Below, in pieces: positions 8,801-15,974 of a stretch of 64,000 nucleotides of DNA. The DNA comes from Gallionella sp. (GTDB lineage: Bacteria > Pseudomonadota > Gammaproteobacteria > Burkholderiales > Gallionellaceae). The position numbers and the translations under genes were made by a program. Position 1 is the stretch's first letter. Each line of letters starts with the position of its first letter. Under the pieces are notes generated by a model that saw only the letters and a list, made by a program, of their open reading frames with translations, searched no databases and had not been told where the DNA came from. The DNA lies in assembly GCA_041671725.1 (NCBI GenBank), contig JBAZAY010000007.1, positions 7,253-71,252 of the forward strand, written 5' to 3'.

Positions 8801-9790
8801 CAACTGACGCGCGGCATCAGCCTGCTTTGCAATGCGCAAGGCCTCTTCTCGCGCTTCTGCCGCAGCACGCTGCCGGGCTAGCTCAACCTCCTCGCGGACA
8901 CGAATGACCTCTTGCTCGGCTTTGACACGCGCAGCTTCAGCCTCCCGTTTTGCCAGCAGATCGGCCTCGACACGTGCACGTGCTTCAGCCTCGGCTTGTG
9001 CCTTTAACTTTGTCACTTCGGCTTCCAGCCTGGCTTTTTCTGCCGCAGCGGCACGCGCTTGCTCCTCGGCAGCCTGTTGCTCTGCTTTACGTGCCGCCTC
9101 CACGGCCGCCTTGGCATGACGCTCCGCCTCTGCTCTGGCACGTGCTTGCGCCTCGACCGCTTGCTGCTCAGCCTTCACCCGCGCTGCGGCTTCTCGAGCC
9201 AGACGCTCCGCCTGTACACGGGCCGCCTCTGCCTGCAGCCTGGCTTGTTCTTTGGCACGCGCTTCGGCTTGCACCCTGGCCTCTTCCGCCTCGACTCTGG
9301 CGCGCTCGGCCGCTATAGCTCGCGTTTTCGCCTCGGCAGCCTCCTGTTCCGCCTTGACACGGGCAGCCTCCTCACGCGCCAGGCGTTGCGCTGCGTCGCG
9401 CTCTTCAGCCGCAACACGCGCCTGCTCTGCGGCCTTAACCTTGGCAGCTTCTTCCGCCAGCATGGTTTGCGTGGGCACACGATAAGCTGCGGTAAAATCC
9501 AGCTCGTCCACCTCATCAGACGATTTTTTAGGTGCTGCGGACAGCACCGGTCTGGGTGAGCTGGCGGGCTTGGCCTTGTCCTGAATAAAACCGCCCCTCA
9601 CCAGCTCGGCGAACATATCTGCCAACATGCCGCGCAGACTGGGTGAGGAACGCTTCATGATTTCAGCAACGGAGGCGGTTCCATCCACCATCAACAGGGC
9701 ACGTTTGATGTCTTTGGATAGAAGTGCCGTACGGTTGCGCGCCTCATCTTCGCCGCTGTCCGTTCTGACAAAAATAATTTTCTCATTCAT
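5822..9790 (-). CDS. 1322-aa multidomain protein: small N-terminal domain, Ala/Glu/Arg-rich coiled coil, class III adenylate/guanylate cyclase domain, one TM helix, and a periplasmic AsmA-like module
   Basis: Cyclase motifs at aa 613-785: VLFFDIVGYT, LDTGDGAAIGF, RIGIHLGPV, GDGINSAQRV. TM helix at aa 931-953 (LAAGLAALLVVALFVVPLVL). Aa 931-1322 align by eye end-to-end with the 451-aa AsmA-family protein at 58044-59399, for example FDELSGELSYANDSYRFSQ against FEQLSGQLVLAQRSYHFTQ. Confidence 0.85.
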   Translation of the reverse strand: MNEKIIFVRTDSGEDEARNRTALLSKDIKRALLMVDGTASVAEIMKRSSPSLRGMLADMFAELVRGGFIQDKAKPASSPRPVLSAAPKKSSDEVDELDFTAAYRVPTQTMLAEEAAKVKAAEQARVAAEERDAAQRLAREEAARVKAEQEAAEAKTRAIAAERARVEAEEARVQAEARAKEQARLQAEAARVQAERLAREAAARVKAEQQAVEAQARARAEAERHAKAAVEAARKAEQQAAEEQARAAAAEKARLEAEVTKLKAQAEAEARARVEADLLAKREAEAARVKAEQEVIRVREEVELARQRAAAEAREEALRIAKQADAARQLAEQEAAEAQARERAEAARHASEVAATARRAEQHAAQVKAEADAQARAVAEEKNKLEAEVAALKAHAEAEARAHRDAEVQAKREAEAARVKAEQEVARVRQEVEQRVAEARVREEDDRRRAEAARELAEQEAARIRAAEQVAADKLQAERGARELAERVKAEQETERLKASESAHVEAATRLIDDVMLMAADTQQHEEVQTNAQMLAAVVRLNAKHAAEEESVFSALDELTKQQAAAAAATREWVPRSDSPGTTVTERRQVTPAVKGCDSRGGNNGVPVVERRTTTAAVLFFDIVGYTKQPDSRQLELKQQFNQLVTNSLASLDAGERIILDTGDGAAIGFLQHPTDALESAIHFRASLLANKHFDYPDLRVRIGIHLGPVSLVKDMNGQINMLGDGINSAQRVMSFAGKDQIYVSRAFFEFVANLSDEYQDLFRYRGGQQDKHGREHQVYELLCADTDESVQAPEPSNNLGAFSFEHFDAALSQPDEPEMPIPAEPLLSGEANQLFKDVASIRQEDTSVEPVNRVEAVREAEEAAPQYSDAEARQLADAQAKKWQEAELRAAELARQKAESVPKQAFQQPLDAVPVEKSVARPRRKPVSWGKLAAGLAALLVVALFVVPLVLPTQGYVASIEQVLGAKLQQPVHVGHLSGRILPTPHLLLSDVYIGEEKQIQARQAQVNFAFPALFGSVKSIASIELDGVQVNGAALMQVSGWLQQTAADPRYPIRHIALTQVQLDADGIQFSDVDGELDFDAAGKFTQASLNANGHKLALEIRATPEQKLALTMTLRDSALPLLPNWIFEELKAVGELSRDELRITELDSRVRGGVLTGDARINWRSGWRVQGALVAKVIPLQNINKLLTGDLDGTARFQMQAANLAKLADAAVLNGVFSVKKGIINGVDIVETTRLRSRESLPGGRTHFDELSGELSYANDSYRFSQLKMNAAVVKAGGTLIINRQALSGSISADLTMRAGAVALQVGGTTESPSVHVAH
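8426..9202 (-). repeat. Internal tandem duplication (2 x about 390 nt / 130 aa) in the coiled-coil region of the cyclase fusion gene
   Basis: Nucleotides 8510-8660 match 8900-9050 at an offset of about 390. At protein level, EAEVTKLKAQAEAEARARVEADLLAKREAEAARVKAEQEVIRVREEVE matches EAEVAALKAHAEAEARAHRDAEVQAKREAEAARVKAEQEVARVRQEVE. Confidence 0.85.
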
Positions 9791-9929
9791 GCTTTATTCT
9801 AACTGATAGCAGCCTCAAGTTTGAATTGAAAAAACATTTTAAATGGCAACAACCCTTGCCACCATCTCACCAAAATAACCGCACACGTCAAACTGCCTGC
9901 AAACCCGCCAAAGAGTTGTTGTATTCGCA

Positions 9930-9958
9930 TTGACAACAGAACGATCGTTCTTTATATT
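9930..9958 (+). promoter_or_regulatory. Sigma-70-type promoter with an embedded 14-bp perfect palindrome (putative operator of the LexA-like repressor)
   Basis: TTGACA (9930-9935), 17-bp spacer, TATATT (9953-9958). AGAACGATCGTTCT (9938-9951) is a perfect palindrome inside the spacer. The ATG lies 27 nt downstream of the -10. Confidence 0.7.
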
Positions 9959-9984
9959 GCACAGCACTTCTGAAAGGAATTGCC

Positions 9985-10572
9985 ATGAACCGCGACAAAG
10001 ATACCGAATACTTAAGCAAACTACAGGACTACTACGCCGACTGGAAAAATATCCCCTCCTACGCCCGCCTGTGCGAGATTTTCGGCATCGCTTCCAAGTC
10101 CTGGGTTAAAGCGATCCTGACCCGATTAGGTGATGCCGACTTCATCGAGCGCACCCCGGATGGCGCCTGGATACCGACACGTCAATTTTTCGCGCGCCCC
10201 TTGGCAGAGTCCTCCGTTCAGGCCGGCATGCCGGTTTCGGTAACCGCCACCCAGGGTGATTTCTTCATCATCGACGAGATGCTGATCGACACGCCATCCA
10301 AGACCACACTCATCACGGTCAAGGGGGACTCGATGATAGACGCCGGCATCCACGACGGTGACGTGGCCGTGGTGGAAAAACGCATGACCGCGAACATCGG
10401 CGATATTGTGGTCGCGATTGTGGACGACGACTTTACCCTGAAGACGCTGGACCGTGAAAATGGCGAGTTCATTTTGCGCCCGGCCAATCCGGCTTATCCT
10501 GTCATCCGCCCGCAGGGCACACTGGAAATATTCGGTGTGCTGACCGGGCTGGTTCGAAAATACCGGAGGTGA
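9985..10572 (+). CDS. lexA: LexA-family (S24 peptidase) transcriptional repressor with a divergent N-terminal DNA-binding domain
   Basis: 195 aa. C-terminal autopeptidase motifs: VQAGMP (cleavage-site region), GDSM (Ser) and TLKTL (Lys). The N-terminal 70 aa are wHTH-like (IPSYARLCEIFGIASKSWVKAILTRL). AAGGAA RBS. Confidence 0.8.
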   Translation: MNRDKDTEYLSKLQDYYADWKNIPSYARLCEIFGIASKSWVKAILTRLGDADFIERTPDGAWIPTRQFFARPLAESSVQAGMPVSVTATQGDFFIIDEMLIDTPSKTTLITVKGDSMIDAGIHDGDVAVVEKRMTANIGDIVVAIVDDDFTLKTLDRENGEFILRPANPAYPVIRPQGTLEIFGVLTGLVRKYRR

Positions 10573-10575
10573 AAC

Positions 10576-11031
10576 ATGCAACTGCCTTCAACACGCCGCA
10601 CCGCCCCCCTGCTATCTATGACTCACCCGAGCCGGGAGTTTTTCTGTCAACAGCGAGCCTTGTTGCGACGCGCCGTGCCGGCAGGCTTCCCCTCCCCCGC
10701 CGATGATTATGTAGAACTGCGCATCAGCCTGGACGAACACCTGATCGAACATCGTGAATCCACCTTCTTCATGCGCGTTGCAGGTGACTCCATGAAAGGC
10801 AAAGGCATCTTTGACGGCGACTTGCTGGTGGTGGATCGCGCCTTGTCGGCTGTGCATGGCTGCGTGGTCATTGCGGTGGTGGACGGCGAATTCACCGTCA
10901 AACAATTGCTGCACACGCCCAAGGGTCCCGTGTTGCGTGCCGCTCATCCGGACTATGCCGACATGCGCATCAAACCCGAGCAGGATTTCACCATCTGGGG
11001 CGTGGTGAGCTGGAACATACACAAACACTGA
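10576..11031 (+). CDS. umuD: Translesion DNA polymerase V autoproteolytic subunit UmuD
   Basis: AGFPSPADDYVE, GDSM and VDGEFTVKQL are nearly collinear with E. coli UmuD. ATG lies 4 nt after the lexA-like stop with GGAGG upstream, indicating translational coupling. Confidence 0.88.
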   Translation: MQLPSTRRTAPLLSMTHPSREFFCQQRALLRRAVPAGFPSPADDYVELRISLDEHLIEHRESTFFMRVAGDSMKGKGIFDGDLLVVDRALSAVHGCVVIAVVDGEFTVKQLLHTPKGPVLRAAHPDYADMRIKPEQDFTIWGVVSWNIHKH

Positions 11032-11050
11032 TTCACCTGCACCAACCTAT

Positions 11051-11327
11051 AAAAATCCGTCTCACGCGGAGGCGCGGAGAACGCGGAGAAAATAAATAAA
11101 CAAAAACAATTATTTACAATCCATCCACCCCTATTCATTAACCTGAAAACAGCAATTATCCACAAAACTCACGAAATGGGTTGGACAGGCAATCTACGCA
11201 GCGGATAATCGCAAAAAAACTAATAAATTCAAAAGCATGCCAATGATTTTAGCGTCACCAATTTGGTGAATAACAGTTTATAGGTAATGTATTGGTTTTA
11301 CTCCGCGTTCTCCGCGTCTCCGCGTGA
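11051..11327. repeat. Family-B miniature inverted-repeat element (about 277 bp)
   Basis: Termini are CTCACGCGGAGGCGCGGAGAACGCGGAG (11051-11078) and, inverted, CTCCGCGTTCTCCGCGTCTCCGCGTGA (11301-11327). They flank an AT-rich core. Confidence 0.8.
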
Positions 11328-11380
11328 AACTGCTTTTTAAGGATTAAAGCCGATCCAGGTTTTTACATTGTTTCGGTTTT

Positions 11381-11410
11381 CTCTGCGTTCTCCGCGCCTC
11401 CGCGTGAGAC
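11381..11410. repeat. Solo family-B terminus
   Basis: CTCTGCGTTCTCCGCGCCTCCGCGTGAGAC has the same three-word (CTCCGCG) structure and lies 11 nt upstream of the umuC ATG. Confidence 0.75.
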
Positions 11411-11420
11411 TGTATTTTAT

Positions 11421-12713
11421 ATGTCCGTTAAAAAAATGATTCGACGCGCTATTGCCCTGATAGATTGCAACAACTTCTACGTCTCCTGTGAACGGCTGTT
11501 CCAACCTGCCCTTGAAGGCCGTCCTGTCGTGATATTGAGCAACAACGATGGCTGCGTGGTGTCGCGCTCGCAGGAAGTCAAAGACCTGGGCGTTCTGATG
11601 GCCGCCCCTTGGTTCCAGTTAAAGGACCTCGCCCAAAAACACGGCATCACCGCCCTGTCCTCCAACTACACCCTGTACGCCGACCTGTCCAACCGGGTGA
11701 TGCGGCTGTTATCGCAATTTGCACCCAATCAGGAAGTCTATTCGATAGATGAATGTTTTCTGGAACTGACCGGCATGCCCGAACTGACCCGATATGGACA
11801 GCAGATGCGCAGCACGATCAAACAGTGCGTCGGTATTCCGGTGTGTGTCGGCATCGCACCCAGCAAGACGCTGGCAAAGCTTGCCAATCATGTCGCCAAA
11901 AAGCAGCCGAGCTTTAATGGGGTGTGCAACTTTAACGAACTGTCTGAAGACGAACTGGACAACCTGCTTGAAAAAATCGGCGTGGGCGAAATCTGGGGCG
12001 TGGGAAGACGTACCTTCACTCGCCTTCAGGAAATGGGCATAGGTTCCGTGCTGGCACTGAAACGCGCATCGGCAAAACGCATCCGCGCCGAGTTTGGCGT
12101 GGTGGTGGAGCGCACCGTGGCAGAACTCAATGGCACGGCCTGCCTGGAACTGGAGGAACTCGCCTCATCCCGGTTACAAATCATCTGCTCGCGTTCGTTC
12201 GGCGCGTCCGTATATCACCTATCCGAACTGGAACAGGCCGTGATCGCCTACACCAGCCGCGCCGCCGAGAAGTTGCGCCACCAGCGATCGCTGGCAACGT
12301 GCGTACAAGTGTCCATCCGCACCAACCCGCATCAGACAAAAGTGCCGCAATATCAACCCAGCCTGACCCTCCCGCTGGCCGAGCCTAGCGATGACACGCG
12401 GGTACTGTGTCACGCTGCATTGAACGGATTACGCCAGATTTATCGGGACGGCTACCCTTACCAAAAAGCCGGCGTCATGCTGTCCGGCATCATCGCCGCA
12501 ATCGACCGTCCCCGCACCCTGTTCGACGATGTCGCCGCAATGCAAAAATCCAGTGCATTGATGGCAACACTGGATCAGATCAACCGTCGCATGGGTAGCG
12601 GTACGGTACAGCTGCTGGGCGAAGGGATCAGAAAAAGCTGGTCGATGAAACGGGGATGCGTGTCCCAGCGCTATACGACGGAACTTAATGAGCTGGCGGT
12701 AGCGTATGCCTGA
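11421..12713 (+). CDS. umuC: Y-family DNA polymerase V catalytic subunit UmuC
   Basis: IALIDCNNFYVSCERLFQP, SNNDGCVV and SIDECFL are Y-family palm motifs. 430 aa. ATG 11436 is an alternative start. Confidence 0.9.
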   Translation: MSVKKMIRRAIALIDCNNFYVSCERLFQPALEGRPVVILSNNDGCVVSRSQEVKDLGVLMAAPWFQLKDLAQKHGITALSSNYTLYADLSNRVMRLLSQFAPNQEVYSIDECFLELTGMPELTRYGQQMRSTIKQCVGIPVCVGIAPSKTLAKLANHVAKKQPSFNGVCNFNELSEDELDNLLEKIGVGEIWGVGRRTFTRLQEMGIGSVLALKRASAKRIRAEFGVVVERTVAELNGTACLELEELASSRLQIICSRSFGASVYHLSELEQAVIAYTSRAAEKLRHQRSLATCVQVSIRTNPHQTKVPQYQPSLTLPLAEPSDDTRVLCHAALNGLRQIYRDGYPYQKAGVMLSGIIAAIDRPRTLFDDVAAMQKSSALMATLDQINRRMGSGTVQLLGEGIRKSWSMKRGCVSQRYTTELNELAVAYA

Positions 12714-12734
12714 TCCTGAAAGTGCCTACACCCT

Positions 12735-13607
12735 TCATTTGCGGGGATCGACGATCACCGCACAGGTCATGCCTGCAACCAGAGTAATACCTTTCGGAAT
12801 GGCATCCAACCCGATGCGCACCGGCACACGTTGCGCGAGCCGCACCCAGTTGAAACTTGGATTGACATTGGCGAGCAGTGTCACATCGGTCGGATTGTCG
12901 CGATCGGTAATGCCGTGCGCGATACTTTCCACATGTCCCATTAACAACTGATCGGTCCCCAGCAGACGAATTTCTGCCGGGTCACCGGTATGAATCAGTT
13001 TCAGCTTATGCTCTTCAAAATAGCCGTAAACCCAGAATGAATGCTGATCGATCAGCGCCAGTTTGGCCGCCCCGACCTGGGTAAAATCCCCGGGGCGAAT
13101 CAACAGATTGGACACCCAGCCATCGACCGGTGAGCGCACCACCGTGCGTTCAAGGTTGAGTTTAGCCTGATCGAGTTGTGCGACTGCCGCGCTATATTCC
13201 GCCCTGGCGCTGGCCGAATACAGATCCGTATCCTCGCGGTTTTCGCGCGAGATAACCTGATCGTCCAGCGCTGCCCGGCGGGCGGCCTGACCGCGTTTAA
13301 TTTCCAGCATGATCCGGCGCTGATCGACCACAGCCTGTGCCAACGCCAGCGCATGGTGATAATGCGCATCGTCAACACGAAACAAAAGATCGCCTCGATG
13401 CACGTACTGGTTGTCTCGCACCGCCACCTCGGTCACAAGACCTGCCACATCGGGTGCGATATTGACCACATCAGCCCGTACCCTGCCATCGCGTGTCCAC
13501 GGCGAATCCATGTAACGCACCCATAACATATGACCGAGAAACAGTGCCAGCATGACCAGTGAGAGTGTGATGACAATGTGTAACAGGCGTTTTGCTAACT
13601 CGTTCAT
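12735..13607 (-). CDS. HlyD-family membrane fusion protein of an AaeAB-like efflux pump
   Basis: 290 aa with an N-terminal TM helix and barrel-sandwich/coiled-coil layout. It follows the DUF1656 and FUSC genes in the same operon. AAGGA RBS. Confidence 0.8.
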   Translation of the reverse strand: MNELAKRLLHIVITLSLVMLALFLGHMLWVRYMDSPWTRDGRVRADVVNIAPDVAGLVTEVAVRDNQYVHRGDLLFRVDDAHYHHALALAQAVVDQRRIMLEIKRGQAARRAALDDQVISRENREDTDLYSASARAEYSAAVAQLDQAKLNLERTVVRSPVDGWVSNLLIRPGDFTQVGAAKLALIDQHSFWVYGYFEEHKLKLIHTGDPAEIRLLGTDQLLMGHVESIAHGITDRDNPTDVTLLANVNPSFNWVRLAQRVPVRIGLDAIPKGITLVAGMTCAVIVDPRK

Positions 13608-13620
13608 TTCGAAATCCTTG

Positions 13621-13818
13621 TTAATAAATCAACAGCCCGCCTGCCGCAAACAGGCAAGCTAATACGGCCAGGCGAAATAGCGCCGGATACCACAGGTGGC
13701 GATAAACGCCGTAACGGACGAACAGCCAGTCCAGCGCCAGCGACATGCACGCCGCAGCCAAAAAGACTAACAACAGCGTTGGAACCAGAGCGTCGAGCAG
13801 TGCGATTTCGCGTGGCAT
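13621..13818 (-). CDS. DUF1656 (AaeX-like) small membrane protein
   Basis: 65 aa with two TM helices. GVYRHLWYPALFRLAVLACLF resembles E. coli AaeX [21 protein letters not shown]. Confidence 0.7.
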   Translation of the reverse strand: MPREIALLDALVPTLLLVFLAAACMSLALDWLFVRYGVYRHLWYPALFRLAVLACLFAAGGLLIY

Positions 13819-13821
13819 GGA

Positions 13822-15972
13822 TCAGGCTTTCCTGGCAAGTAGTAAGGGTGCCGCGTTCGCCAGTACGGATGCATCATCCAATAGTGCGCTGTGAATAAAG
13901 TGCAACGTGACTCGCACCTGGTGCAGGGCTGAGTGTGGCAGCGCTGTGCTGGTGACAGTATCGGTGAGTACGGCCATAGCGGCATCGATGGCTGATATCG
14001 CGGCCATGCGGTGCCGGGTGGATGGAGCTGCATACAGATCGGCGATATGGCTGAGACAATTCACCAGGGAACGGGTAGCGACCTGATGGTCAATCTCGTT
14101 CATTTGCTCGCGCAACTCGATCACGGCATGACCGATTTCCAGCGCAGACAGCAGCCAGTCTATGACTTCCCGGTCTTGTGCATTGGCTATGCGCTGCGCA
14201 CTGCCGGAACGCTGCACCAGATCGCGGGCGGCGTTTTCCAGCCTGGCACGACGCAACGGCAAAGGCTCGCGGCAGGCGGTTACCACCAGATTGCGCAATG
14301 CCTGGGCAATACGCCTGCGCGACCAGTCGCTATTGCTCAGATCGATCAATCCATACAGGGTGCCTGATATGAATATCGCGATAAAGTCGGCGATGGCGTC
14401 GTTCATAAAGGTCACCGGACTGGCGCTGTAACTGCTGTTAAAGCCAATATGCATTAGAAAAATGAGGAAGATGCCGGAGCCTACAAACGCAATTGCAGGC
14501 CGGGTTGTCATCCAGGCAGCGAGCACGATGACGGGTGTCACTGCCAGCGCCAACATGACGAAGTCATCTGCCTGCGGTAACAGATGAAAGTTGCAGACAT
14601 AGGTCAGGACAGTGCCGATCGCAGCGCCGATAATGAACTGCCTGATGGTGCGGGTTGGGGCGGGCGTAGCGGCAAACAGGGTGCCGGTAATGACGCCGAG
14701 GGTAATGGCTTCGAGACCGGATCGCCAGTCGGTAAAAATCCACAGTGCCGCCATCAAGGCCAAGGTTAACGTGCCGCGTACGCCGGCCAGAGCGACCGCC
14801 AGCGGGTCGAAATGCAATCCAAGACGTAGCGGTGCTTCTGTCAGCAAAGGACCGGGGTCGCCCGCCAGTGAAGCATAGGTGCTGGTGTAGGCCTGTAATT
14901 CATCGGCAAAACGTCGTATCAATTCGACACCGGTGTCGAAATCCAGCCGCGCGACTGGATCGATATTGGCCGGGAGTCTTGCATTTATCATGAGCTGGCG
15001 TTGCATGAAGCTGTCGCGATATATTTTGAGTGCGACGGTGATCTGTTTCGCCTCATGTTCCGTGCGCGCACTGCGCCCGTCGATCGTGAACGCCCGTGCA
15101 AGCGGGTAATACACCTCAAGCAAGGCCGCGCCAACTTCAGCGTGTCCGTTAATGCGTTGACGACTCAGCAATTGCTCCAGCGCGTGAAAGCTGGTCGAGA
15201 CCTGCATGAATTCCGCATTGAGCAGACTTAATCTCAGGCGATGGGTGCGTGAATCGTCGTTTTCCAGCACGGTCGAGGCACGGAAGGATTCAAGGCTGTA
15301 AATATCACCGACGAAGCGCAACAAGGCGGGCTGTGCGGCGCTGGCCTCAGCCGGATTGAGCGCCGCCGAGCGCAATAAATCCGAGAAGTCGCCAAAGCGC
15401 CGGCGCACCGATGCCAGCATCACGACCCACATGCGTTGCGGGAAAATCAGGTCGCTGACGATGGTCGCGCAGAACAGGCCGATCAGGATTTCGGAAATAC
15501 GCGTGACGCCGATGCTGAAAGTCAGCGCCGGATTGATGGTCGCTGGCAGTCCGACAATGCACAGCGTGTATCCTGCCAACACAAAGCCATACGATTGATG
15601 GTTGCGAAAGACCATGGAACCCGCCGTGCAAAACCCGATCCACAGCGCCATATAAAGCAGAAACAGCACGCGCTCCTGCGCAAACAGGGCGACCAGCAGA
15701 AACGACACGGCAATGCCCACCAGTGTGCCCAGCAAGCGATAGAAACTCTTGGTAAATACCATTCCGGCGCGCGATTGCATGACGATGGCCACCGTCAGCA
15801 TCGCAGTGCGGGGCTGATCCAGTTCGAATCGCAGCGATAGCCACATGGCCAGCAGGCAGGCGATCAGCACCTTGATGATGTAGCCGAGCGTGACGGCATT
15901 TGCATTCCACCAGTCGTGCAAAACCGATTGCATCGGGAACAGGCGATAGCGTGAGCTAAGTTGTGCCGGCAT
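13822..15972 (-). CDS. FUSC-family (AaeB-like, fusaric acid / aromatic acid resistance) inner-membrane efflux protein
   Basis: 716 aa. Two hydrophobic blocks are separated by a long cytoplasmic helical region. Operon context with AaeX- and AaeA-like genes. Confidence 0.8.
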   Translation of the reverse strand: MPAQLSSRYRLFPMQSVLHDWWNANAVTLGYIIKVLIACLLAMWLSLRFELDQPRTAMLTVAIVMQSRAGMVFTKSFYRLLGTLVGIAVSFLLVALFAQERVLFLLYMALWIGFCTAGSMVFRNHQSYGFVLAGYTLCIVGLPATINPALTFSIGVTRISEILIGLFCATIVSDLIFPQRMWVVMLASVRRRFGDFSDLLRSAALNPAEASAAQPALLRFVGDIYSLESFRASTVLENDDSRTHRLRLSLLNAEFMQVSTSFHALEQLLSRQRINGHAEVGAALLEVYYPLARAFTIDGRSARTEHEAKQITVALKIYRDSFMQRQLMINARLPANIDPVARLDFDTGVELIRRFADELQAYTSTYASLAGDPGPLLTEAPLRLGLHFDPLAVALAGVRGTLTLALMAALWIFTDWRSGLEAITLGVITGTLFAATPAPTRTIRQFIIGAAIGTVLTYVCNFHLLPQADDFVMLALAVTPVIVLAAWMTTRPAIAFVGSGIFLIFLMHIGFNSSYSASPVTFMNDAIADFIAIFISGTLYGLIDLSNSDWSRRRIAQALRNLVVTACREPLPLRRARLENAARDLVQRSGSAQRIANAQDREVIDWLLSALEIGHAVIELREQMNEIDHQVATRSLVNCLSHIADLYAAPSTRHRMAAISAIDAAMAVLTDTVTSTALPHSALHQVRVTLHFIHSALLDDASVLANAAPLLLARKA

Positions 15973-15974
15973 GA

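Noticed and set aside
6041-9559. Many long ORFs in other frames and on the opposite strand (for example 7772-8617, 7947-8609, 8832-9119, 8950-9318, 9059-9559)
   Set aside because: All lie inside the 1322-aa cyclase fusion gene. They arise because the Ala/Glu/Arg-rich, GC-rich repeats are stop-poor in several frames. Their translations are low-complexity Ser/Ala/Cys/Arg strings.
9791-9984. Search for a canonical proteobacterial SOS box (CTGT-N8-ACAG) upstream of the LexA-like gene
   Set aside because: None is present. Only the AGAACGATCGTTCT palindrome is found, and it is reported as a finding instead.
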